Shown here: positions 41,135 to 53,054 of the stretch, piece after piece
Layout: each line of letters opens with the position of its first letter
Position numbering within the stretch: position 1 is the first letter of the stretch
NCBI RefSeq assembly: GCF_001194135.2
Contig: NC_068981.1
Location: forward strand, 67,755,638-67,819,637
Direction of reading: 5' to 3'
Source of the DNA: Octopus bimaculoides
Lineage: Eukaryota
Length of the DNA stretch: 64,000 nt
The notes under the pieces: generated by a model
What the model was told of the DNA's origin: nothing
What the model saw: the letters and a program-made list of their open reading frames with translations, nothing else
Databases searched by the model: none
Made by a program: the position numbers and the translations under genes

Positions 41135-41217
41135 AACAACGACAATAGCAGTAACAATGACAATAGCAGTAACAATGACAATAGCAGTAACAATGACAAT
41201 AGCAGTAACAATGACAA
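41135..41217 (+). repeat. 18-bp tandem repeat GACAATAGCAGTAACAAT, about 4.5 copies
   Basis: Direct reading. Confidence 0.95.
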
Positions 41218-41719
41218 AATGAACTGCGAAATGTGAATTTCAATAAACAAAACCGAACATATATACTACGTATGCTTACGGTAAGTAGTCACCCATATTA
41301 AACTAGTCCCCAGAACCAAAGTATTCTAGTCTGATATTAAGTGTATTAACATTCACCATGGTGTAGAGACCATATTGAATGTATCAAGGGGCCGTTGAAA
41401 AACCTTAGTAAAAGAAAAAGGACAATAGTTATAATGTGGCTGAGAAGCACTGTTTTAGTCAAAAGACGCACAAGTAGATAGAAAATCTAAGACTTCGTGT
41501 GTCAAGTACTTTTATCTTTATTTTTGTCTGTAATATTCTTTTACAATAACTATTTTAATCTGCAAAAATTCTCATTAGCAGAATGAGAACAAGAATGCAT
41601 CGAGTTGAACGATAGTGTTATATAGATAGCAACAGAAGTAGGTAAAGCTAAGATTGATTAGTATGGTATAAAGGCATTTTTCAATGGATTTATCTTCTAA
41701 AATTACTTTAGTAGTCAGT

Positions 41720-41874
41720 AGAATCATGGCTTGTTTTAACATCAAAGAGAGATTAGTTATTGGCATTAGTCAGCTGAGAATTGACATGCAGGACAGATGG
41801 AAACAAAGCAATGAAAGTGCAAAATATGGAAAAAAGAAAGAAATTATACGGTAATAATAATAATAATAATAATG

Positions 41875-41939
<65 letters not shown>

Positions 41940-42712
41940 AACAGCAGCATGGTACCTACTGAAAATGTGATACACTCAAAGGAATTTAAGAAACAAGATG
42001 GAAAACAAAGATAAAACAACTAGAAACTGAAAACGATGCATGGGCAATACATCAGAGAAATGGAAGGGAAAGGCAAGACCAACACCTGAGGTATTAATAA
42101 ACAGTACTGAGGAACAAACTCTGAGAGCTAATTACATCAAATTCCAAATAGAGGCGTAATAAATTGCTACATTGTAAAGTATGTAGCATCAACAATAAAA
42201 GTGAATGTAGCAAAGTAACCCAAAAGAAATATAAAAGGAGGCATGATAATGTAGCTACGTATGTTCACTGGAGATTGTGGGATAAGTAAGACCCAAAAAT
42301 GAAATGAAATGGTACGATCATAAAGCGAGTGTCATCCAGAAAAATGAGTATAAGAGCGTGTGAGATTTTACAACCCAGTGTAACTCATCGGAGATCAGAT
42401 ATTTTCACTGTTGATGAAAGATATTAAAGGAAACTGAATACATAAATAGTGCCATACCTGGGGATGTACGACTGGGTGACAAAGAACCTGGAAATAATTC
42501 AGGAGAACAAGCTACTAAAAGATGCATCTGCGCGAATGCGAGGAATGAAGAAAGTAACTGTTGTTCCAGTAGTTGTAGGCCCATTAAGAATATTAACAAC
42601 TGAATTTGAGACATTTGTTGCAGAAACTAAGATTGACATAAGGGTAGATCATACTCAGAAAACTGCTTTATGTGGAACCGCGTGGATTTTGAGATTGGTA
42701 CCTGGATATTAA
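41720..42712 (+). mobile_element. Decayed Dong/R4-like LINE 3' part, family B, with internal (AAT)n
   Basis: 'KYKRRHDNVATYVHW', 'KKVTVVPVVVG', 'QKTALCGTAWILRLV'. Confidence 0.85.
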
Positions 42713-42932
42713 GCATTATGAAAAGCGACCTTGTGAGACTCATGACAATAGATCCCAAATTTTCACACAATTTAATGATGCATTACGAACTATTTCATAC
42801 GATTTTAACAGATGGATAGAAGAAATAATTATAAAACGTAACTTAGTGCAGCAGCAGAAAACTGGCATCTAATGTTACATGTCCGATATTCGGAATTTTT
42901 TTCCAACAGACTAATCTGTTATGCGTAAATTA

Positions 42933-42934
<2 letters not shown>

Positions 42935-43012
<78 letters not shown>

Positions 43013-43030
43013 CACCAACACTACTACTAT
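42935..43030 (+). repeat. (TAC)n/(CAC)n microsatellite
   Basis: Direct reading. Confidence 0.95.
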
Positions 43031-43458
43031 ATGTTGACCAGAGTTTCATGTTTTAAAGATAGGCGTGCCATTAATCGAATGTAAGAAATTAATCTGGTTG
43101 GCTCATACTGACTTGTCTTAAACTGTATATTCGATACTTCAACAGGAACGTAGACAGCGAAATATCTATTCATAGCAAACATTGATGTCAACGTGAAGTG
43201 CTAACTAGAAAACGGAGCAGTACATGCTATCTATTACTGTATTGGATGGACCGACCTTGCAGAAACAGTGACGTACTTTAGAAAATGAAGGATATTTGTC
43301 AAAGTAAATTTCAGTGTAAAAGCTGATTTTCGGACAAAAATATTTTGGCCATTTTCTATAACATTAACTATTTTGATGCCCAACATTTACAAAGGGAAAA
43401 TTGTCAATCTGTAAAGCTTATGTTTCTTCCACGGGGTTTTTCGATTGTGGTCATTGGT

Positions 43459-43985
43459 GGTCTCGGCGCTGGAGTTGGTCGGGAGTAATCTCTCCGCTGG
43501 CGATATAAACAAACAAGGGTACTTTCTGCACCAAAAGCTTATGTGAGAGTGAGATTCTCTCATAGTAAATACCGCTGTAAAATTTGTTCCAACAGAACAT
43601 CCGCATATAAGTGCGAATTAATATTACCTCACTGTATTAATACTGACTGTCGTTAATATATATGTATTTTAAACAAGCTAACTGGCTAATTGCGACACCA
43701 GTGCTTGTTCTGGCACTGATTTTGTATATATCGCTAGCTGAGTGATGAGCTGCTGCTATCTCTAGCAGTCGAGTATCCAACACTGATGAGATCGAAATCA
43801 CGTGATCTATGGTCTCGGCGCTGGAGTTGGTGGCGAGTTGTCTCTCCGCTGGTGATATAAAAAAACAAGCCTTCTTTCTGCACCATAATCTTATAAGAGA
43901 GTTTCTTTTGTGGAAATTGGCAAATATCGTAGTAAAATTTGTTCTAACAGAACATACTCGTTTAAGTGGGAATAAATATTACATA
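43459..43985 (+). repeat. Partial tandem duplication, period 352 bp (43459-43628 vs 43811-43983)
   Basis: Both copies begin GGTCTCGGCGCTGGAGTTGGT and share 'tctctccgctgg', 'tttctgcacca', 'gtaaaatttgttc', 'taatattac'. Confidence 0.9.
43776..43812 (+). ncRNA. Candidate minimal type I hammerhead ribozyme
   Basis: CTGATGA (43783-43789), GATC, GAAA (43794-43797), TCACGTGA, T, C(43807). Core is intact; stems II and III are palindromic; stem I is weak. Confidence 0.45.
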
Positions 43986-44526
43986 ATTTGTCCCCATTCG
44001 CTTTTCAATATTTCGTCCCTTCCTCTTTTATTTATGGATTTATATTTTGTATTCTATAATGATGTCATATCAAAAATCATTAACTATCGTAATTTACTAA
44101 TGTAAATCGTCATAGGAAAATTAATATAGAGTGCTCATCCCACACTCTCTGTATGCCACCATCTAATTCGTTTGGTACACCAAGAAATGGAAATCATCTG
44201 ACTGAACCGAGAATTCAAAATTTGTTACAGAAATGTAGATCGATGGCTACATACCAAAAGGAAAAAAACACAACACTAATAGGATGCTGTTAGATTTAAA
44301 GTGAACAAAATAGATTGTGACCAAAATTTTGCAAGAATTAATATCACCACATTGATACTTAAACGAACTCTTTTTCTCTGTATGCTACTCTTGCACAGAG
44401 TTCCACACATCTGAAATTGTTGATTTTGTGCCAACTGAACCTAAAGTTGATCTTCCAATTCACTTCTTTCCCCTTCGTCACTACAGTAAATTTTCTCTTA
44501 TACTTTAAACTGGAAGCACAAGACCT

Positions 44527-44704
44527 CAAATTTGGGGGAAGGGATTACATCGACTCCAGTGCGTAACTGGTACTTATTTAATCGACCCCGAAAAGATGAA
44601 AAGTAAAGTTGACCCCGGTGGAATTAGAACTAACAACGTAACAGCAGACGAATTATCGCTAAGCATTTCGCCCGGCGTGTTAACGATTATGCCAAACTGG
44701 CCGC
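44527..44704 (-). mobile_element. tRNA-derived SINE with Meta-like core
   Basis: Reverse complement reads 'gcggccagtttggcataatcgttaacacgccgggcgaaatgcttag...gggtcaactttacttttcatcttttcggggtcgattaaataagtaccag...gtcgatgtaatc'. Confidence 0.85.
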
Positions 44705-45534
44705 ATTAATTTTTTTAATATTAATTCGTGTAGAATCTAGGGAGGCTGTACTCTAAACACTTATCTAATTGTTCTGTCTGGGAAATGCAAACCCAACCGG
44801 ATGCAAGATTTCCCTCTTAACAATAATCTGTAATTTTTCAATTAAATATTTGCAAGACTGACCTGAAGCATCTCTTCATTTCTATCAACTAAAAACAGAA
44901 AAGCTGCTAATCTTACTCAAAATACAACCTGCAATTTACAAAGGTAGGATGTATTGAATAATGATAATCTGATAGCAGTGTATAAAGAACATAGCAGTAT
45001 CGACATAGCTGGTTTGTCTCTGACCATAAGTCTACACAATCACATCATACAATAAAATAAAACAATTACTGAAAATTTGACAAAGAAAATATACTTATGC
45101 TAATTCCCAATATGCATTTATAAAGATAGTGTTCTACATTTCTCTTAACTAACGTTCATTTTCTAAACGATTCCTGTTGGGAAAAGCAATATAGCAAATT
45201 TTCTCTCTTTCATACACACTGTGTTTGCAGAAAAAGCGAAAACAGCAAAATCTAAAGTAGCACTATATACACTTATATTTTAGAAGAAAAAAAAAAATCG
45301 TCCATCTAACGAAAGTAGCGAAATGGAAAAGTACATGTTCTTCCACTAGTAACTTATTTCTTGGTCTTTATTAATTTACTTACTATTTTACCTTTCTCTC
45401 TTTCTTGTTGCTCTTCTTTATTCTTTTCTTTATTTTTCTCTCTTTGTTTATTTGTATTTTGTTCAATTTTATTATTTTCTCAAATTTTCTGTTGTTTTCC
45501 TCTGCTCTTTTGTTCATTGCTTTGATTGCTTCTT

Positions 45535-45546
45535 TCTTTCTTTATT

Positions 45547-45605
<59 letters not shown>

Positions 45606-45650
45606 CTCTTTCTTTCTTGCGTTCTTTCTTTCTTGAGTTCTTTCTTTCTT
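45535..45650 (+). repeat. (TTTC)n microsatellite within a pyrimidine-rich tract
   Basis: Direct reading. Confidence 0.95.
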
Positions 45651-46986
45651 ACATGAAACATTTTATGATTCTTTTTTGCTTTTCTTCCTTCGTCTTGTCA
45701 TACTGTGTAAGCTTTTCTTTCTGTCATTTCTCGCTTTCATTCTCTCTCACACAGCCTCTCATTGTATTTTATATCTATTACCCATTCTCGTTTCTCACTC
45801 AAACACTTCACTCTCTATAATGCACCTATTTCTCACTAGCACTATCTTGCATGTGCATCTATTTTACAGAAAGTGTTGGATCTCGTGCCAGCTTCGTCAG
45901 TGTGTGATTCGCTTGTTTGATCAACGGAATTATATATATATACATTGAAGTAAGGTGTAAGTGGCTTGCAAATAATTTCTATGCAAACTCCACAGCTTCA
46001 CAATGTGTCACTAAGAAAATTACCTTGACTTACAGCTAAAGACCAGCGAATGTGGCCTTCTACACAGTTTCTGTTTGAGGCGATTGTAGAAAACACTTGT
46101 TCAATGTCCTACAAAATGGTATCGAACGTGAGGATTACAAAACGAATTGCTAATCATTTCTTATTTCTGTATTTTCATTTAAAGACATTATAATACAACA
46201 TGAGATAGTATACATGTACCGAAAGATATTTCAGGTTCATATAATTCCATGATGTGGTTATATGTGATTACAAACATGCTAAAATTCGAGAGAATACTGA
46301 TTTTAACATATTCACTGAGAGCATGTGTGTATATGTGCGCGTGTGTGTGTCTGTGTGTGTGCGTATGACACACGTGTGTCTTTACCGATTGTACACACAA
46401 TCCACTGCCGAGTTTAAACCACTATCCGTTGTCTGGGAATTTTAATAAGAGTTCATTCTTTTGCAGCAAATCGGGTGATATGATAGGTCAGACATCTGAA
46501 GATGGCTTTTCTTCCTTCGAATAATCTATTTAAAAGTACACATGCCTGCATTCACATACAAAATCGGATAGAAGTATTTCACGTCGTCACGTCGAGGCAG
46601 TAATGGTTGGAATGCAGTTGATCATAGAATGGCTTGGTCCAACTTGGCACGCTGATGTGTGCGTGTGCATGAGAGTGAATATGCTAGGCAAACGCCATTA
46701 AAAAAAAAAACAGTTTATGTACAATGAGCATACTTTGCTCAAATCAGTGTCAATAATGGTTAGTATTTGCTTTCAGTTTCATATTATAAACAAACAAAGG
46801 TATTAATCGAGCAAATGAAGTTGACCGAACTAATAATCAGTCTACAACATATACTTAAATAACACTCGATACACTTTTAAGTTAAGAACGTATTGAACCA
46901 GTATGATTTGATTAAAATTTTGGTCTGATCCACTAACAACAATATAAACATACACACACGCGCGTGCGCACACACACAAAAGCATA

Positions 46987-47024
<38 letters not shown>

Positions 47025-49789
47025 CACAAAACACCTATACACACTCATAATTCAGTTATTCGTTCCTTCAGTCTCACCATTCACTCCATTGGCTTTTATC
47101 GCAAAACTCTCTCACTAACACACTTGTCGTTTCTCACTGCTCACCACGAACTATGCAATGCTCTCAATTTCCCCCCTCACACACACACCTGTCTACCAGA
47201 CGTATACATATAAATAAAAAAAGATAGAGAAAAAATATAATGGTGGATATGAACATGAAAATTTAATGAGGTAAAACTCCACTCTCTTTGCAAAAAAATG
47301 ATCACGTGGTATTCACGTATTGCCGCTTTAACAATATGCAATATCAACGTTCGTATTCACGAACATCCAGCATACGCAAGTGCATCTATGTTCATAGTCA
47401 TCTGCGTATTGCTATATTGCTGTACATGATTATCAGTTTTAGCGTATCTAACCAGATAAAGCTAATGGACTTTGAATCATGTCTAAGTGCTCAATTTTTA
47501 TACCGGATACTGGTGAGCAAAAGGCATACTAAGCATTAAAAGGAATATTAATCGGAGAAATATTCTATTAGTCGTGATTGAAGTAGACATAGTAGTTATA
47601 GAATTAGTAGTAGCTATAATACCAGTCGTAATGTTAATCGTTGTTATCATGCTATGGATAACACATTTCGTCACCTGAGACGTGTGATGACAAGAAAGTT
47701 GATTATTATCAATCTGTATGCTTCGTGTAAAGTTAGATATCTCCGTAAAGGTAGATAACAGATTATAAGAAGCGAAGTATAATCCACGATTTGTAAGCAA
47801 CCCGTTTTAAGGTAACTTTAAATGTATGTGAAATATAGCGATAACAAAATGATTTATTCGGTTGTATGTCTGTGTATATACAATTACGTATGCATATAAT
47901 GCATAAGTACAGGCGCGCATACACACACACACAAATACCAGCCATATCTATTCCAAATCACACATTATTGACTTAAAAGAAGAACACGCTGGTAATGTGA
48001 TTCTGGGTCCCTGGTATATGGAATGGAGGACACATTACATAATGTAGTTTTATACACATGAAAAACATTTGAACAGAGATTGTTTGAATCAGAGTTGACC
48101 TGAAACTAAATACAAATATGAAAAAAACGAAAGCCTACAGAAGTATACCAAAACGCACTGGCGCTTTTATTAATAGTCTCCTTCTGTTGTGAGCTGGTGA
48201 TGAAATTTTTAGAACATTAGAAAAATACAATGCCGTATAATGTTTCGTTCCTTGACATCGTAAATTGGTATTCTATTAGGCTGTATTTTTTTGTCTTAGA
48301 GTAATGGCACAAATGTCACTGAAGTTTTGGAGCCAATTTATTTGACTGTTTATTTCCTAAAGTTTACGAATATAAGCAGATGATAACTGTGGCCACATTT
48401 GATATTACTGGTGGTATTCTTGTACTTTTTTGTATGTTTGAACTCCCAGACTGTGGCCATGGTGGAAGACAGAAATATTTTTTATAGATTGATTATATGA
48501 CGTACATGCCTTTGTCGACTATGAACATTTAAACTGTTGCAATATATTACAGGTCAGTAGTTGATCAAACAGTGCGAGTCCTTATCAATGAATTAAAATC
48601 GTAAGTTATCTTGGAAAATTAGATCAATGAGTATGAGTTATAACGTATTTAAAGTTTACGGCATCTAACCTAATATTCTAAATGTATAATTGAATATTAC
48701 TTAAGGAAAAATTAAAAAGAGTGAAAAGAATGATATATGTTTCACCTTGGACAACAGTTCGATATAAATATACCTACAGTTGTAACGACCTTTGGAATAT
48801 AATATTTTATCCATTTCAAGGAGTTGCTTTCGATATCACAGTTAGTAAGGGTATTGAGGGTGAATGAGTGCAAGTTTGGCAACATTTGATTATAGCTTAT
48901 GTAGTTGCTACAAAGATTATATTTATCTCTATATTCAACGAAATTCTGAAATTTTGATCGGTGGTATTTCAACATAAGTCTATTTATTCATCTGTAAAAT
49001 CAGAATGTTGTAATGAAATTTCTTTTCAAGGCTGATTCATACATTTTTTTCTCTCTATTTTAATGAATTAAAATATCACTTCATTAATCAAGCACTTCAA
49101 AGGTATAAAGTAAACTGAGAAACATTTTCAGAATCTCAGGAAGAGGTACGAATTCGAATGTCGAAAATGATACGTAGTATACTGATAAGTATAGAAACTA
49201 AGTGAAGCACATGTACATACAATTTAAAAGGCTGTTAAAAAGTATAATTTTAATTAATTTAATTTTACGCAAGTGTTTCAAATTGTTAAGTAGAAAATAA
49301 GTAGTCTTGTTCTTTTAAAAATCTGTGTTTGTACGAAGTACTTCCGTGATTAATGCGAGGAGCTGTTAATGTATTTTATAAATTAGCGTGGCATTTGTCT
49401 ATTAGTCAATTAGTAACGTTATTTTAAAGAGTTGCAATAAAAATTCAAGTAAAAGTGTTAAGTCGTAATTAATATTAGCCCAAATAATAACACAGAATCA
49501 AAGAGTGAGACACAAGCTAACAATGGATACTCGATCGGTCTCTTAGAAGTAGCAGCCAAATATCTCACAAATCTTAACTGATCATTTTGGAAAAAAAAAA
49601 CACCTTAAATTGCAAGATTTAGTGTTCGTTGTGAACAGGAAAAATATCAGTGTAATTACATCGCAAAGGAGATTAAGATAGTATTGATATTGTTGATTTC
49701 TACAACTAAAGGTAACAAAAGCTAAGTGACTCAACGCTTCTTTCATCAAGGTAAAAATGGATAACCCTTTATATACGAGTCTGATATTA

Positions 49790-49882
49790 TTAAAAAGCAG
49801 TCAGTCCTGACACCAGTATCATTAAAAATGACACCAATAATAATACAGCAACTTTCCCGTGTACTGGGGCTGCTGCAGCATT
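49790..49882 (-). CDS. Candidate terminal exon encoding a GPI-anchor-signal-like C-terminus
   Basis: Strong acceptor 'tttccttctggtctgtgtttttcctcttag|' then NAAAAPVHGKVAVLLLVSFLMILVSGLTAF*: small residues, short polar spacer, ~20-aa hydrophobic tail, stop. Confidence 0.55.
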   Translation of the reverse strand, partial: NAAAAPVHGKVAVLLLVSFLMILVSGLTAF

Positions 49883-50046
49883 CTAAGAGGAAAAACACAG
49901 ACCAGAAGGAAATCTAACAGGAGTAGGCAACATCACAACAGTTCTCCCTAATCACTCACGGATAGAACCCATCAAAGCAATGACAGTTATGAGTCAGAAA
50001 AAAAGCAGTGACTGAGAAAACAATTCCAATAACTGGTGATATAAAA

Positions 50047-50525
50047 TAGTAGTAGGCATCTGGCGGTCTCGAAAGGCCATGAATTTGCGCTCGGAGAAAT
50101 CGTGTCACCAGCTGAATGGAGTGCTGCGTCTGCTGTGGCTGTAGAGGCCCACACAGGAGTGAGAGTCATTCATACAGCGACTGCATTTGAAGGAGCTCTC
50201 TGCCGGCGTTACCAGTTTTTCCTTCCGTGGACTGCGCTTTTCTTTGATGGCGAGTTCCTGTTTTTCTTCCCCTCGCTTCATCACCTTTCGCAGTATTTGT
50301 CTCCAGTGTGGGCGATTAATTGCGACATCCCATCTCAAGATGTGGAGATCAAGCGACTTCATATCTCTCTCGCAGACGGCCTTGAAACGAAGATGGGGTC
50401 CTCGTGGTCTTGTGCCGTTGTCCAATTCCCCACACAGGAGGACTTTTGGGATTCTCCCGTCCTGCATGCGATGTACATAACCAAGCCAGTGCGGACGATG
50501 GTTCGGTTGAGGACTTGACAATTGA
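50047..50525 (-). mobile_element. RTE-clade LINE 3' fragment
   Basis: 'HWLGYVHRMQDGRIPKVLLCGEL..G.RPRG', 'FKCSRC...HSCVGLYSHSRR', and 3' terminus 'ttcgagaccgccagatgcctactac', typical of RTE/BovB-like ends. Confidence 0.9.
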
Positions 50526-50527
50526 AG

Positions 50528-50820
50528 ACATGACAATGACCGTGCCCATACTGCCTGCTCGATAACAGACTCCCTCCAACAGCATAGCATCCAGACTCTG
50601 CCATGAAGTCCGGACTTCAACCTCATAGAGCACCTATGGGACGAAATCCAAAGAAGGCTAAATGACATCAGTCCAAAGCCGACAACTGTGGCACAATACG
50701 CTGCACGTTTTAACAGAGTATGGGTCGTTATCCTCATAGCCCTCAGCAATCGATTGGTGGTGCGTTTAATGTTGAATGTCTGTCGGTAATCAACACTAAC
50801 GGTAGTCGCACGAGATAATG
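50528..50820 (+). mobile_element. Tc1-family transposase C-terminal fragment (second family)
   Basis: Plus frame 'HDNDRAHTA...IQTLP*SPDFNLIEHLWDEIQRRL...' and later 'VINTNGSRTR'. Confidence 0.88.
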
Positions 50821-51852
50821 AGATCATCTCTTTGGATCCAAGACACTCCGTCATGATGTGGCACCATATAACGTCAAACATGTTTCAGGAAATGACGTTT
50901 AATCATTAAGAAAGAATGGTTGCTTTATTAGCACTCTTCAATCCATGGTATAGCAGTCTGTTAATAAACCGGTTTTTATTTAGTACTAGCAGAAATACCC
51001 ATCGTTGACTGGGTTCAGAAAGAGTCTTCAAAAGTTATTCCCTGATTTATCAAAGTTACTGCTTCGATATTATTGAATGTTTTGTAGCTGAATATCCGCA
51101 AGCTCTTGTTGAAAAGAAAATAAACACATAGAGTAAGAAAAAAAAGGTTGTTTAGCGGTCAAGTATACACACACATATATGCATATATATATATATATAT
51201 ATATATATANNNNNNNNNNNNNNNNNNNNNNNNNNNNNNNNNNNNNNNNNNNNNNNNNNNNNNNNNNNNNNNNNNNNNNNNNNNNNNNNNNNNNNNNNNN
51301 NNNNNNNNNNNNNNNNNNNNNNNNNNNNNNNNNNNNNNNNNNNNNNNNNNNNNNNNNNNNNNNNNNNNNNNNNNNNNNNNNNNNNNNNNNNNNNNNNNNN
51401 NNNNNNNNNNNNNNNNNNNNNNNNNNNNNNNNNNNNNNNNNNNNNNNNNNNNNNNNNNNNNNNNNNNNNNNNNNNNNNNNNNNNNNNNNNNNNNNNNNNN
51501 NNNNNNNNNNNNNNNNNNNNNNNNNNNNNNNNNNNNNNNNNNNNNNNNNNNNNNNNNNNNNNNNNNNNNNNNNNNNNNNNNNNNNNNNNNNNNNNNNNNN
51601 NNNNNNNNNNNNNNNNNNNNNNNNNNNNNNNNNNNNNNNNNNNNNNNNNNNNNNNNNNNNNNNNNNNNNNNNNNNNNNNNNNNNNNNNNNNNNNNNNNNN
51701 NNNNNNNNNNNNNNNNNNNNNNNNNNNNNNNNNNNNNNNNNNNNNNNNNNNNNNNNNNNNNNNNNNNNNNNNNNNNNNNNNNNNNNNNNNNNNNNNNNNN
51801 NNNNNNNNNNNNNTATATATATATATATACATCCACACATACATTAATACAT

Positions 51853-51890
<38 letters not shown>

Positions 51891-52486
51891 TGTACGTATG
51901 CGTATGTGTCTGTATTTATGTGTGAAGCAAGTGTATGTGTCTGCTAATGTATGAATGTGAGTTAGCAATGTCCTGCACGCAACTATAACAGGATAGCAAT
52001 ATTGCTTTTGTCACAACTAATGCAAGAACAATGATTTGGTTCTTGGATAAATGTCGTAAATGTTCCTAATAATTTGCTGCATTGTGTCTAATTGAATAGC
52101 ACTGATTGGAAACGCGTACTTCATTGAGCTAAAACTAGAAAGAAATAATGGATGAATTGATGAAATTCGATTACATAATTTGATTTTGCGGCTGGAGACG
52201 TGAATTAAAGTAACAAGGTGCTTATGCTTATTACTTTACCTCAAGCAACGCATACAGAACTAACTAACTATAGTGAACTTTTGACTACATCTGCCTGCAA
52301 CATTTAAGTTACTTAATGCTTATCGAAGGACTCGCCATCACTTTAACTTGCAGAGTATGTAAAATTTACAATATGAGAAGTTTTATCCAGTTTTCATTTC
52401 TATTTGCACAAAAATCTTGTTTGCTTTTTATATGCATGTATGTATACATACATATATGTGTATATCTATCTATTTAACCCTCTCTC

Positions 52487-52536
<50 letters not shown>

Positions 52537-52568
52537 NNNNNNNNNNTTAAGGATTTATACACCGAGTG

Positions 52569-52607
<39 letters not shown>

Positions 52608-53054
52608 GCTGTTATATAAAGTGATATATAAAATGAATTTAACATTCTACCAAATGATAACGCATCCCTTTTTTAATAGACCATATGCCTATTTAGTTTT
52701 ACAAAGAAAATAGTTGAATGTGATTTCCAATTAATTTTCGCAAACAATAGTTTGAATGAGAGCTTAACAGCCATTATTACACTGCCAGATGGTTGAGAGT
52801 CGAAACCATGTTTCGTTCGAACGTAGTGGACACTTTTCCGTATAGTACAAGCGTCCGTACTCTTGTACAGATTTACATGAGAAACATTCAGTGGTCTAGT
52901 ATTTAGGAAAGTTATTCATTGTTGTGATTTTGTTTCTTTGTTTCCATGTTATTTTTTACTCTCTACATGGTTTCATTTAATCAATTCATTGACTCGTCCT
53001 GTACTCTCTTGTAACGTCCTGAATTTTTTGAAAACCATTAGCGAGTAAGGTAAA

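Noticed and set aside
45405-45948. Hydrophobic F/L/S-rich 'membrane protein' ORFs (also 4508-4938)
   Set aside because: Pyrimidine-rich low-complexity and (TTTC)n tracts.
50105-50881. 258-aa ORF as a host gene
   Set aside because: Chimera of RTE LINE sense and Tc1 antisense sequence.
52785-52820. Other GAAAC-containing hammerhead-like strings (also 4930-4960)
   Set aside because: They lack the CUGANGA core and coherent stems.
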